From Podarcis vaucheri (Eukaryota): a DNA stretch of 64,000 nucleotides. The notes below the pieces were generated by a model that saw nothing but the letters and a program-made list of their open reading frames with translations, did no database searches and had not been told where the DNA came from. Position 1 is the stretch's first letter, and each line of letters begins with the position of its first letter. Both the position numbers and the translations under genes were made by a program. Shown here piece after piece: positions 37,131-50,900 of the stretch. Where the stretch lies: the NCBI GenBank assembly GCA_965113315.1, contig OZ220372.1, one strand, 5' to 3'.

Positions 37131-38115
37131 CAGTTTAATCTAAGATGGGAGCATCGCGATTATTGTGTTTTGAATGTGAGCTGATGTTGGGGTGGGATTC
37201 CTACCCCTTTTTTCTTTTAAATTTGCTATAAAAATGAAAAGTACGGGTTCAATTTATAAACCATGTGGGAAATAAACAAGCTGTACAAAGCAATTTGTCT
37301 ATATTAATATTACAAAATTATAAGCTATAGCCAAGCTTAAGAAATCATGATTTTGTCCCCGTTCCCCCCCCCCCCGTGTTATATATGAGAAGATAGAAAT
37401 GTTTTGTTTCTTTTGCATTTTTATTGGTTCATTGTGTTTTGGTAAAGTCTTAATTTTTTATTTAATGAAAAAGGCATCTGTACTTGACTTGTTTAAAGTA
37501 CCTTTGTTTATGAAACATCATGTGACTACTAAGGGAAAATAAATAAAAATGAAGTTTAACAGAAATGGATGTAGATTGACATGAGGAAAATCATTTAAAA
37601 TGGGAGAGATTAGAGGACTAGATTTCATCTATATTTTTCAGAGTGGATCCCAAAGTCTTTGCAGCACATGATTGTCATCTTCCTGTGTGAATTCAATGCT
37701 CTGTCGAGCCAGTCAAATAACAAAATAAAAAAAATCTCCTGACATGGTCAAAGGTGCCCTTTTTGCGATTATTATTATGATTATGCTGTGACAAATATAC
37801 TTTGCTGCCTTGGAAGAAAGGTTCACAATATCCCTGGAGGGTATTTTGAAGGCTGTTCAGAACTCCAAAAGCCAAGAGTTTTGGTGCATATCTGAGCTTG
37901 TTTCTTAACACAGAGGAAAAAAGATAGCTCTGCGTCATGAAGCTAGAAAGCGATATTGCTTTGGCTTAGGCAGTGTGAATCACTGCGATGCTACAACTGA
38001 AGTGGCATTTCAAGACTGGGATCTATAACAAAGCAGAGAATCTATAATATTCAGGCCCCTGAAATTCAAACCCAGTCATTGGTGTTATTTTGTACCAGGA
38101 TTAGATGTGCTGGTG

Positions 38116-38117
<2 letters not shown>

Positions 38118-38160
<43 letters not shown>
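38118..38160. repeat. (CA)n microsatellite
   Basis: Direct reading. Confidence 0.95.
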
Positions 38161-38162
<2 letters not shown>

Positions 38163-38285
38163 GTATGTCAAAAATTAGGGGGCATCTTATACAACGATAT
38201 ATCTCCCCCCATTTTCTTAAATCTGAGTCCCCCAAAATAGGGGGCATCTTATACATGTGACCGTCTTATAGACGGAAAAATACGG
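38161..38285. mobile_element. pogo-like MITE remnant
   Basis: CCGTAT... / ...GAAAAATACGG ends, internal repeat tagggggcatcttataca x2. Confidence 0.6.
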
Positions 38286-38930
38286 CATATACCATAACTC
38301 TCAAAAGAAAGGATCTTCATTATCCATAAACCATTAACAAAAATTCTGGATCCCTCTTATGCCAGCTAAAAATCCTCTCTCATTTATCTGTAGTAGAAAG
38401 GTTACATTCTGTAGCTGTGGAGCTCAGAGACATATACCTTGTGGATTTCCAAAGAGGAACATCCATGTGTGTGATGCATATGATAAATTTAGTAATTGTA
38501 CAGTATTGAAGTTTTCGTTTGTTTGTCTTTAAAGCTAAACACTAAAATGAACTTTGATTTCTAACCAAGACTGCCTGTAAGGCTTTGAAAGCCACAACAA
38601 TCTAAAGAGTGCAATATTTCTTTTTTTTCTTTTTCTTTTAAGTAGTAATAAAACGTATAAAACAGAAAATGACAGATAATTCAGAGAAATAGGTTGGCAA
38701 CTAGTTTAGTGTGCAACAAGGGAACTTTAGCCTTGTAATTCCAGAACAAGAGCCCCTCCCACAAAGACTATTGAAAAACTACTTTTGCAGCTGAGGTGAT
38801 TCTTAAAAGTAGTTTCTGTATCATGGCATGGGGACCTGCTATTTTTGTGTACGGTTGAGGGGGGCGTGTGGGGGGGGAGTTAAATTTCCTATTGGCTGCC
38901 TGCCTTTCAATACTGCTTTGGCTCATGGGT

Positions 38931-40106
38931 AATAATAATAATAATAATAATAATTTATTATTTATACCCCGCCCATCTGGCTGGGCCTCCCCAGCCACTC
39001 TGGGCGGCTTCCATAAAAACCAAAAATACAATAAAATATCACACGTTAAAAACTTCCCTGAACAGGGCTGCCTTAAGATGTCTCCTGAATGTCAGGTAGT
39101 TGTTTATCGCCTTGACATCTGCTGGAAGGGTGTTCCACAGGGCGGGCGCCACTACCGAGAAGGCCCTCTGCCTGGTTCCCTGTAGCTTTGCTTCTCGCAA
39201 TGAGGGAACCGCCAGAAGGCCCTCGGCGCTGGACCTCAGCGTCCGGGCAGAATGATGGGGGTGGAGACGCTCCTTCAGGTATACTGGACCGAGGCCGTTT
39301 AGGGCTTTAAAGGTCAGCACCAACACTTTGAATTGTGCTCGGAAACGTACTGGGAGCCAATGCAGGTCTTTCAAGACCGGTGTTATATGGTCTCGGCGGC
39401 CGCTCCCAGTCACCAGTCTAGCTGCCGCATTCTGGATTAGTTGTAGTTTCCGAGTCACCTTCAAAGGTAGCCCCACGTAGAGTGCATTGCAGTAGTCCAA
39501 GCGGGAGATAACCAGAGCATGCACCACTCTGGCGAGACAGTCCGCAGGCAGATAGGGTCTCAGCCTACGTACCAGATGGAGCTGGTAAACAGCTGCCCTG
39601 GACACAGATTTGACCTGTGCCTCCATGGACAGCTGTGAGTCCAAAATGACTCCCAGGCTGCGCACCTGGTCCTTCAGGGGCACAGTTACCCCATTCAGGA
39701 CCAGGGAATCCTCCACACCTGCCCGCCTTCTGTCCCCCAAGAACAGTACTTCTGTCTTGTCAGGATTCAACCTCAATCTGTTAGCCGCCATCCATCCTCC
39801 AACCGCCTCCAGACACTCACACAGGACCTTCACCGCCTTCACTGGTTCTGATTTAAAAGAGAGGTAGAGCTGGGTATCATCCGCATACTGATGAACACCC
39901 AGCCCAAACCTCCTGATGATCTCTCCCAGCGGCCGCATGTAGATGTTGAAAAGCATGGGGGAGAGGACAGAACCCTGAGGCACCCCACAAGTGAGAGCCC
40001 AGGGGTCTGAACACTCATCCCCCACCACCACTTTCTGAACACGGCCCAGGAGGAAGGAGCGGAACCACTGTATAACAGTGCCCCCAGCTCCCAGCCCCTC
40101 AAGACG
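38931..40106 (-). mobile_element. Young 5'-truncated L2 LINE, second subfamily
   Basis: ORF 39039-40031 with GVPQGSVLSP, YADDTQLY, SRLDYCN, LHWLPV. Short 3' UTR stem-loop, (TTA)n tail. Confidence 0.93.
39039..40100 (-). pseudogene. L2 ORF2 RT C-terminal part, 5'-truncated
   Basis: 330-aa open frame clearly homologous to 16257-17609. Confidence 0.9.
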
Positions 40107-43100
40107 GGGTAGCTATACTCCAGTCCATACAGGGAACAGGAAGCAAAAGTCATACGTTGTTGCTAAGCAACCATGACTAGTACTGTACTACCTTTCAAGC
40201 CATTCACTCAACTTGGGCTTGCCATACGTCAGGAAAATTCCTGACATGTCCTGGTTTTCACATGTCAAAATGTCAGGGGAAACCCAAATGTATGGCAAAT
40301 CGATGGAAAAAAGCAGTGGAAACAGCTCCTAAAGCTTAAAATTACCATTTGGGGGGAAGGCAGTAATTTTACTGCTCACTAGCTTTGCTAAATTATCACT
40401 TCTGGCCTGCCATTAAATCAGAGATTTTGCTAAGTAACCCTGGGAGTCTAGACTTGATGCATCTGATAGTCACTGGATACGAGGTCCATCAGTGGTTTAT
40501 TCTATTGTTCATACAGTTTACAGTGGAATAGTTTTGCCTTTTTGCCTTCAGAAGCCATTTTAAAAATGTACTTAAGGGATAATGGCCCTGTCTGAGAGGC
40601 TATATGAGGCAATAAAATGTTTTTTTGTGGGTGATTAAACACCAAAGAGAAGCTGAGATACCAAGGCCATGAACATTATTTCTGATACAGGACAGGAATA
40701 CAAAGCAATCAACAAACCAAATCATTCAAAAAGACAGACTGTATTCCTTGTTTACCTTGAAAAGGTTAAACTACTGGGTGTGTTTTCTCTGCGCTCCGGC
40801 CACCTCTAGTTTTTTCCATTGAAAAAAGAAGTCTACCCGTCTCATCATTTCAATATTTGTCCTATCCTCTGTGAAGGGGACATTGGTTTTGTTGGAACAT
40901 CTTGTTACATAGTGGAATTTACCCAACATGACAGAAATTCCAATTCAAGAAATGCTCAAAAAGTCAATAGACTATGAGGATCTGTATTTGAAAGATGCTG
41001 AGGGCCCCCTGGGGGGCACTAAATCCACCAGATATTTACATCTTGAAGATAATGATCTTGCATTTATTCAGTTCAATTGGAATGTCCAATCACTAATAAT
41101 AGTTTATATTTTTCAACTGAAATATAGCCCAAGGAGCAAGTTCAAATGCTTAGGCGCTTATGCCACAAGGTAGAAAATTGAAATATCTTGAGCAAATGTT
41201 TCAGGATCTTTTTGAATAGCTATTCAAACTATTCTCACAAAGTTTGAAAAAGTATTAGCAATTCCCTGAATATGCAGTAAAGTTGATCAGCAAAGTGACA
41301 ATTGCTGTGAAATTTACAATCCAAGCTGTTTCTGTTCTGAAATTTTCCAGATAAACTGAAGCTGCAATGATATCCTCCAGCAAAGTAACAGCTGGTTGAA
41401 ATTAGATAACTTAAGTTCCGAGCAATGAAATTTAACCTACAATGAAACAAGCAGCTTGTTTGCATTGCTGATCCTAATAAATTCTTAAATTTATTGTTCA
41501 TTGTGGAGCCACAATCTTTTTAAAGCATACTTTGTGTTTGGATTTAGACACTGTGCGGTCTACAATGCATATCAGGATCTATATTACTGAACATAATCAT
41601 CTTTGATTAAAGCTCACAACCATTCTTAAAACAGCCTATTTCAGAAGTCAGTGCCCAGTATCTATAATAACCCTATACTGATGGACCAAATGTCTATGTA
41701 AGATTACCTTAATCTGCAAATAATTTCACATTTCAAAGAGAGTCACTAGAAAATGGTGGTAAGAAGACTTTCATACAGCGCTATGTGTTCGTTAGTAATA
41801 AAACAATAATATACTCCTGTGTCAGCTCTGTAAAACTGTTACTAAGCTGATACTTTGCATTATGAAAAACATGAAATATGTTTGTGTCTTGGTATATTAA
41901 TAACACTGCAAATCCACCCCGGTTGAGGTCACTATGTATTATTCAAATCCGCTCACAAGACCCATTCGGAAAAGCAGAAGGCTTTTATGTAATAACCATG
42001 AATCAGTCATGAATATGCCACTTTCCTGCACAGCTATGCTGCAAACAGATTGGCATTTCGGATGTGAACTAAAGCTGCACATGCTCAGTCCTTCATTCAC
42101 GTGCCTTCATTTCTTCTTTCCCTTAAGTTATTGCTCTGTAAAAAAATATTATCCTGTCAGGAGCTAAGCTTTAAGCACTTGAGAAACCTCTGGGATACTA
42201 AGCATCAACTTAGTGATTCAGGCTTAACTGCCATTCCCTTGAGGGCAGTGACTAGGTATACTATAACATTTTAAATTGCTTATTCTGTAAACAATAAAAC
42301 AACAGCTTTATTGCACATGGTTACAATGAATTCCAAAGTGTCTTCTGTACTGTATAACACTATGAGATTGAATACTCCCTGGGTACCTTAAAGACAGGGT
42401 CTCTATGGACCCCCTTTTCCCAATCTGTCCCCCCCCCCTTTGCAAGGATGTTTTCGAAAGAGTACATTGGGGGTTTTGAATTCTCCAATTCTGCTATTGC
42501 TTCTCAGTACTCTGAAGAGAAGTGTAATGCTTCTGCCTAGCTTCTAAACTGTTATCAAATCTAGTTCCTGTAGACATCTACGGGATAAAATATAAGACCT
42601 TTTTCCTATATGTGTTTGTTTATTTACAGCATTTTAATCCCATAATTCATCCAAAAAAGGGTCCCAGAGCACAAATATCCTAAATAATATATTTAACACA
42701 TGTAACAAAAGGAAAAGGGATTGGTATGAGGAGCTTAAAAAAACCCACCCAGTATCAACACTAATCCATAGTTTTGAAATTCAGCAGGTCTTGGAGCTAG
42801 ATCTCAGCACAATGGAAGGGCTACTGCCTCCTCTCCTGGTTCAGGGTCGGATCGAGGACTGGGGAGTGGGGGGCAAAGGAGGCACATGCCCTGGACAGCA
42901 AAATTATGAGTCAGTTGGAGAGGAATGTGGACATGGACTGGTGCATCCTGCTTATAAGCTGGCTGGCTGGGTGTGTGCTATGGTGCAAATAATGAGAGAG
43001 TAGATGCAGAGCAAGGCCTCCACTGCACTATTTTGATGGCCCCAACTGGTGGCTGGTGGGAGGAGGGCTCTCAGCTGGAATCGTATCCAGGCATGATAGC

Positions 43101-43183
43101 AATGAGATGTAGAGAACTTGCTTTGTGGACTCATGTAGGCATAAGAAGGTGCCTTATAGTAGGACAGACTTTCTCCGTGGAGC

Positions 43184-43502
43184 CAGGGCCGGATTTAGGT
43201 TTGCTGAGGCCCTAAGCTACTGAAGGTAATGGGGCCCTTTATATGTCCAGCTGTCCTTTGTCAACAACAAATTGTCACTGTTTTTCGTGTTGAATATATG
43301 CTATATGGTAATTTATGGACCTAATAGATATCTAAAGCCATTTGCCACGGTTGCTGCATGTAGGTTTTATTTTATTTGTTTTTTCATCTTATATTTTGGA
43401 AATGTACATCCAGGTTTTTTTTCCTTTAAATTGTTTTGGGGCCCCCGAGACAGTTGGGCCCTAAGCTATAGCTTGTTTAGCTTATACATAAATCCGGCAC
43501 TG
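43184..43502. mobile_element. Non-autonomous hAT element
   Basis: TIRs CAGGGCCGGATTTA / TAAATCCGGCACTG. 8-bp TSD cgtggagc / catggaga (6/8). Subterminal ggccctaagcta repeats. Confidence 0.82.
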
Positions 43503-43809
43503 CATGGAGATCCTTAGAGCTCCTAAGTGGCAGCAGCTCTTTAGGGTCCCATGCAATTTTATTTCCTATCACCTGCTACCTGATCATTTTGAACTGGAGA
43601 TTCCAGGGCTTGAAACTGGGGTCTGCTGCATGCAAGAGTATGTGCATTAGTATGGACTAGTTGATGGCATATATGCTTAGGAGGCTGTAATATGTAAATA
43701 CCTTCCAATTCTTAAACACAAAAATGGAAATAGCAATGCCAATATCATGTTATTTTTCTTTGCTTCTTTCAAATTTATATGATGAGTACCTTCTTTAGCT
43801 GATAGGATT

Positions 43810-44276
43810 TTTTCTGGTAACCCCCACGGAGAACCTTAAGGTCCATAAATAGAAACACTCTAGAGGTCCCGGGCCGTAAGGAAGTCAGATTAGCCTCAAC
43901 CAGGACCAGGGCCTTTTCAACACTGGCTCCAGCCTTGTGGAACGCTCTGTCTCCTGAGACCAGGGCCCTGTGGGATCTGATTTCTTTCCGCAGGGCCTGT
44001 AAGACAGAGTTGTTCCGCCTAGCCATTGGCTTGGAATCAGCCTGAACCCCTATTTGGGGACTTCTCTGGCTTTTTTCTGGCCCATGTAGGACCAGTCTGG
44101 ATAATTGGCCTTGTTGAAGATTTGACGTTTTCTCCCCCCAAACAGTTTTTGATCTGGGCTTCCACTGAAATTAGGCTGCATTTTATGTTGTATTTTAATC
44201 AATTTTTTTATACCTGATGTTAGCTGCCCTGAGCCTGGTCTTGGCCGGGGAGGGTGGGGTATAAATAAAATTTATT

Positions 44277-44315
<39 letters not shown>
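43810..44315 (+). mobile_element. L2 3' fragment related to the 16110 subfamily
   Basis: Matches the reverse complement of ~16330-16545 and shares the same terminal stem-loop. The tail has become (TTG)n. Confidence 0.85.
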
Positions 44316-46155
44316 ACATTTAATACTGAGTTTCTTCTGGTTCTATTGTGTTATTCCATTTATTACAGTTTAAGTTTGTTCCAGAATGTTATGAATGTGA
44401 AGTACCTCTGATCTTGCACTAGTAAAATATGGAAGAAGTCAGGGCATAATCAGAGCCAGGGGGAGTTCCCACATTAGGTAAATTGCAGTTACCTCTTGAT
44501 GACTATAAGAAGCTAATGTTGATACATCAGCAACCACTTTCATGTTTTCTCTTCCTTCGCTGCGGTAATTTTTTACCTTCCCCCAGCAGCCAAAACAAAG
44601 ACACCTGCAGCCTTTTGTTTTTGAATATATATAAACTACTTGCAGAACCCAGGTGGGCAGACTTCCTTGGCTTCAGTAGAAAGTGGCTGTTGCGTTGGAT
44701 ACCACACCTTTAATTTAGAGCAATAAAGCATTGTAAATATGTGATTAGAGGCTGTAAAACTCGATCTTTCCAATACTTTAAATGCCTACCAACTGGAGTC
44801 CTATACATACCTAATGTGATAAGAGGTTCAGCAGCAGCTCACATCAGAAATGGAAACATTAGTAGCTGTAGGCAAAATAGCTTGCCCAATTGCTGTCATG
44901 TTCATGAAAAACTGCAGCTATCTCCTTCTATGGCTACTGTACAATGAAATAGCCATGTGCCTGTTTTTCTCTGCTGACTTTTATCAACATAGAAATAGGA
45001 AATCCTTAAGTCTTTGGTTCAAATGAGGCAGCATTTAACATATTGTAACTGCCACGGTGCTGTGATTAGATGCATAGGATGTTTTTGGTGGGATTCATGC
45101 TGCCTTGCCCACCTGAAGTAGCAAACACAACCCAAAGTCCCACAGTCCCACTTTGAGCACTCTAAATCTTGTTCTGTTTGCAAAGACAATTAATACCACA
45201 GACATTAAGCTGCGGGTTGCATGATTTTCAGGGTAATCGCTTGTCACCACTGTGACCGGAACACCTCCCTTAATGAGGCAGTTTGAGGATCCCCGCAGAG
45301 ACATCAGATCTCCAAAAAGAAACTGTAATGAGCACAGCAGCAGAAGGAGTACAGAGAGTCAAACCTCCCTCTGCATTAGACGTACCCTTACAGACGACAC
45401 TGGAACTACACGTATCATGTTTACTGCATTTTTTTTATTTATTAAGGCGAGCTCTTTCCTGTCTGTGGACAGAAAGGTTCCACTTGAAAAGCAGCCCTCT
45501 CTCCCCTTATTTCCACTCAATTTCATTTATATATAAAGGTATTTAATCAAATATTAATATCTAATGTGATTTAAAGAGGGATGGTTTATCATTGGGCTGG
45601 ACTTCTCCTAAAGAAACCTTTGTATCTGGGTGAACTGGGAAAATGCTTGAACTGACCATTTGGGGCATGGTGACAGAATACACAAGGGGGTGGAAAACAT
45701 TCGCACTGTACACTTGTGCAGGTGTGTGTGGTTTTTTTTAAAAAAAAAATCCATATCCAAAATAAAACTGTACTCTTCAAGCTTCAAGGTGGTAAGAACA
45801 CCAGCACAAGTGCCTCTTTTGGCAAAAGAACACTGAGCAAATGCTTTGGTGGCTGAGAGGAGCCACAGTGAGAGCGATCCTGCTTCTATTCCCTGGTATC
45901 ATATGAAAAGGAGTAAGATGATTAATGCAAATGAGCCTATTACAGTTGGGTACCATTTGATTTCATGATGAGGTTATCCTAGTGAGAAATTATGCAGAGC
46001 TGTTGATCTTTTTGGAGTTTAGTGTTGCCGCTGAATTTCCCTGTTCAGGGCCCAACTCAGATGGGGCAACTGTAGAAAGGTCAAGGGGAGTCAAAAGACT
46101 CTTACTGACAGAACAGGTGAGGTTTTCCCAGGGAGGTTTCACACATCTTTATGCT

Positions 46156-46156
<1 letters not shown>

Positions 46157-46199
<43 letters not shown>

Positions 46200-46200
46200 A
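46157..46200. repeat. (AAAG)n microsatellite
   Basis: Direct reading. Confidence 0.95.
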
Positions 46201-47790
46201 CCCTCTAAATAGAACAAGAGAAGAAGAATGGCTCCATTTTTAGCCACATGTTCTCCTGATCATGCAGAATCTGAGGAAAATCATTTATTTCTCCCAATTT
46301 TTTCCAGCCTAGGGTGTACAATTCCTATTTTTAGAAGCTATGCAGTATTCCTAATCTGAAACTTTGACTATCTAGTGAGTCAGAAGGTCTGACTGCCCAG
46401 AGATACGTGAGTCAGAGAGGCAGGAATAGTCTGTTCTTCTTCAAAGCACCAAGGGATGCAGAGATTTAAAGAGGCTCGACTCTCAGCAAGGTATACAAAA
46501 GAAACTGTCTTGTATCAATATAAATCTCCATAACCTTTAAGTAGAACATGTGTGTGTGCGTATGCACACACACTGGAAATTATTGCACCAAAATGATTAC
46601 GCATTACTTTCTATGTGTGTGACAAAGACTGACATGTCACCTGTCTCTTGGCATTCTTTTCCCTTGGCTGTTAGTTAGGTAATGAAAAGCTAGGTCATGT
46701 CACCTTCTCTTCTCATTGTGACATAATCTATCCCTGTGGTATGGAAGAAGAGGTGGCGGGGACAGAGCCCAGCTAGCCAGATTTAATGAGCAATTGTCCC
46801 AAATCAGTCGTGTTTTAAATTTCCCTTCGCAAAGCAGAGTTTTCACTCAGCTGTATCTTAGCTGCTATGTTTTCTACTGTTTGGAAAGGTACGTTGAAAT
46901 GAAGTATCAAGATAAAGTATCTTAAAGATTCCTGGAATCTAACAGGGGACTTCGGTTCTGGGTGTTTTTTCAACATTGATACACTGATACACTTGATACA
47001 CTTGTGATTCATTAATTTGTCTTCCCAAGGAAACCTCCTTGAGATTTATTGGATTCATAGGATTGTTGCAAGGAAATAGCACCTCTGCCCTTTGACATGG
47101 GACAGTGACAGCCACTTAATACACAGGAACAGAAACGTAGACCAATTCACAACTTTAGCACAGCATCCTAACAGGTATTAAAGATGCCTGGTACCCTGGA
47201 GCATAGGCATGACTTTGCCCTGGGAAGGGGTGGGAGATTAAGAGCTGAAAGGGTAGCTCTTCCTTATTTGCCTGGCATAGGGTGCTCATTTAATTTTTGT
47301 GGCACAAGCAGCAATGTGCAGTGGAAATGCTGTCCTCATTCTCATTAGCACACATTTTCTACCTAGCATTTTGCTTATGGAAGGATGCCCCTATACAGGG
47401 GTTTTTTTCAGGATACGATTTTTATTTATTCAGCATATACCCTACATATGTTCATATGTCCACATTCATTCAGTCACATAAAGGAAGTGGACAGATTGCA
47501 GAGCACCTGCATGTGCAAAAGTACATACATATGACCTGGGTAACATTCACATAGGAGAATGAGACCCACTCCCATACCCCTCTATGTCTAGAGCTTACAT
47601 ACTAGAGGCCTCTGTGAATAATCACAAGGTGACATCAGTGAATCACCTGTGTCAGGCCTGATATATAAATGTGGAAAGAGAAATGGATTGGGGTCAGAGA
47701 TGATAGAGATGACAGAGACAAATTTGCCAATATTTGTAAAAGCACTCTTAACTTTTCCACAGTCTCCAAAATGAGATCATTGCTGTAGGA

Positions 47791-47937
47791 CAGGGATGTG
47801 GAACCTTTGGCCCTCCAGAAGTGGTTGGACTACAACTCCCATCAGCCCCAACCAGCATGGTCAATGGTTGGTGATTATGGGACTTGTAGTCCCATAAATC
47901 CAGCAATATCTGAAGAGCCATTGGTCCCCTATCCCTG
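47791..47937. mobile_element. Family P palindromic hAT-like MITE
   Basis: CAGGGAT..ATCCCTG ends, 8-bp flanks ctgtagga / ctgttgca (6/8). Confidence 0.72.
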
Positions 47938-50900
47938 CTGTTGCAGCTGTCTAGGAAAATCTTATACTCCTTGGGCAGGGTTGCCAAGGGGAAGTTAACT
48001 AAGAGCCCTGCATATAACACATGGGGCAGCTGAGACATCGCAGCCTGCTACAATTGTTTAATTCACTAGTGGTGGATATCATAGTTCCCACCAGATGATG
48101 TTGGACTACAACTCCCATGGTCCCCGGCAACATGGCCAGTTATCAGGAGTGGTAGGAATTGTAATCCAAGAAAATCAGGAGGGTGCCACAAAGGCTATTC
48201 CTGCAATTGACTGTTGACTCAAAGTTCTGTCTTTGTCCTGTTTAACTATATCATTCCTCTTATTTCCCATTCTAATAATATATTACTTTGATAAAAGTAT
48301 AGTGATTCACTTTATATACCCTTGGTAAAATAATTTTCTCCAATTTACATATTAATGTGAACCAGTTGTGAAGTGTTGATGCTAAATGATCTACAGTGAA
48401 AGCTTATTATACAAGTCTGCCTGGAGTTTAGTCCAGTGAGGCTTACTCGAAAGAAACAGAAATAAGATTGCTCCCTTAAACCATTTTTATATTCTCACAG
48501 TTGTGTAGCTATTTGTGTTGGGTGTGGTAGTAGTCCAGAGGGAAAATGGATATTGCCTTGGTTACAGCTCTACTTATTTATACCTTGGCAGGTCAGGTTT
48601 GCCATTATGCCATCACAATGAGTCCATTTGACATGCATGTTTAAAACTGAAAGGTTGCCTAAATAAGGATATGGTGCTGGATTGATCAAACCACATTAAT
48701 GCTGTGTGGTTGGCATCACATATTATGATCCGGTTAGCCAAATCTTATTTTTAATCATACAATAATAGCATGCATGTGGAGTCTTGGACACAACTCAACT
48801 GAGATTTCTACTTTTCCTCAACAGAAGCTCTAAATTCAATACTCCTAACAAAGAGCATGATTTGAAACCAGTTTTTAAAGCTGTGTTTTGGATGGTAGAG
48901 TCAATGGTTTGTAGGGCAAGGTTTACATGCAACGGTGTCACTAAGGGCATGACAATGTAGGTCAAACACATCAGGGTCATGCTATACATGCTATACAGTT
49001 GTGTCAAATAGGTTATTCATTTTGTATCTATCTCAAAGCTTTTTTTTACATTAATACTTTTTTCTATTAAAATAGAGTTACGTATTCTCAGCAATGTTAA
49101 AATTGTGTGTCTGCTGCTAATTAAATCAATTCATGACATCCTTCAGGGAAGGTCTGTCTCACCCAGTACATCTGTTATACTTTACAAAGTTTAGGCAATT
49201 CTGTTTGAATACTGAAACCATTCCTTGTATGACTAGTGCTGAGCAAAAACCTAAAAGGCATGGACAAGGCTGATTACAGTTCAAACTGATCACAGATTGT
49301 CCATTGAGGGGAAATGAACTAGGCTGACCAATCCTAGTTTAATATTAAATTGGGAGGGGGCACTGCCATGGGTTTTAAAAGCTGAGAAATAGTTCCATAA
49401 ATTGAAGATATAGGTGAGCTTTAAAGAGGTATCCCTGAGGTAGCTTGAATAGTTTGAGTTGGGGAGTTCCAGCGTGACAAAGTTTGAGAACTCCTAGTCT
49501 AAATAAACAGAGAGTTGTTGAGGATTATGATGAGAGTGTTTGACAGAATTATGAAGAAAGGGGAGTACTTTGCACCTGACTCAGGACAGCATCATTAATC
49601 CTCACCCGCTTGCTCCCTTGCTTCATTTGCGAAAAAATGAAGTAGATGATAAACAGAACAGGACAGTGTACAGACCCGCTCTTGGCAAAAGGGTTAGAAA
49701 ATATCACTTTCCTCCATTGATCAATGTCATTTGGATCCTGAACATTCAGTTCTTTTGTAGGAAATCTTGTCTCTCAAATGAATACCAAGCCTGGCTCAGG
49801 CCGTGTCTGCAAAAAAATGTTTTTGAGGTCTTCCCTAATTCAATATTAAAATTTACCAACCTCTCCCTAATTATTCAGCAGGGCTGAAACCATTATAGTG
49901 ATGGTTTCTATAAATTCTATGTTTCTGGTGCTTTTTAGACTATTCTGCAGTCTAACAGGAAGATGGTAAAATGCTGAACAATATGATGGCCAGTTTTGTT
50001 ATATTTTATTGTGGCCATACTATTTTCATTTTGGTAAAGTACATAAACCTATGACCAAAGCATGTGTGGCAATGGCAATCCATGACTGGACCTTCCAGCA
50101 TCTCCATTTCCATTCCTAAAAGCAACAGTGGAACTCCCAGTTGGGGTCATTGTGCAAGGGGGAACAGGTTTAATCTTTCCATCCTCCCATGCCAATTCCC
50201 CAGTGCAAATCTCTCTCTCTGTGAGGCATCATCCACACAGAAGAGGGGAAAATCAGCAGGTTCAGGGGAATCAACAAGGTTTTAAGAAATAAACTAAAAA
50301 TATTTAGGGGGAAAGAACTTAAAGGAGGGACCTAAATACAGCATGCTCAGTGGCCACATATTATTTTTTTTTGTGAGGGGGGGGGACCAGGAGTGTAGAC
50401 TGGAGTGACTAGAATCCTGAACAGCCACATTCCACACTACAACATTTTGCATATGTAGTAATAGCAAGTTGTATAGCTCAAACAGGGATAGTGTACTAAG
50501 TAATAAGAAGGAGTCATTTGCAAGCATACAGGAACCCTAAGGTTTGCAGAAGTAGGGGGAAAAATATTGTGGGGGGAAATCCTGCCCCTGATAACTAAGT
50601 TACCTAACTTCATCAGTACATAAAGAAGAACCTGACACAAAACAAGAGAGTTGCTCTGTATGGCTTTGCTTTGTGACTGAGAAGGGCTTGGATGTGCACT
50701 GGCACTCAAACTTCTAATCCAACCAAAGTGAAAAATAGGAGGGATCAGGGAAGACATTCTGCCTGTCCTAGTTACACCTCCTAAGAGAGGCTCATCTTAG
50801 ACTTCAAGAACCAATACTGTAGTTTGAATTGCAAATACCATTTTTCCCATGTCAAAGTATATCTCTGCGCAGATCATAACCACAACCCCTTACTGCACTG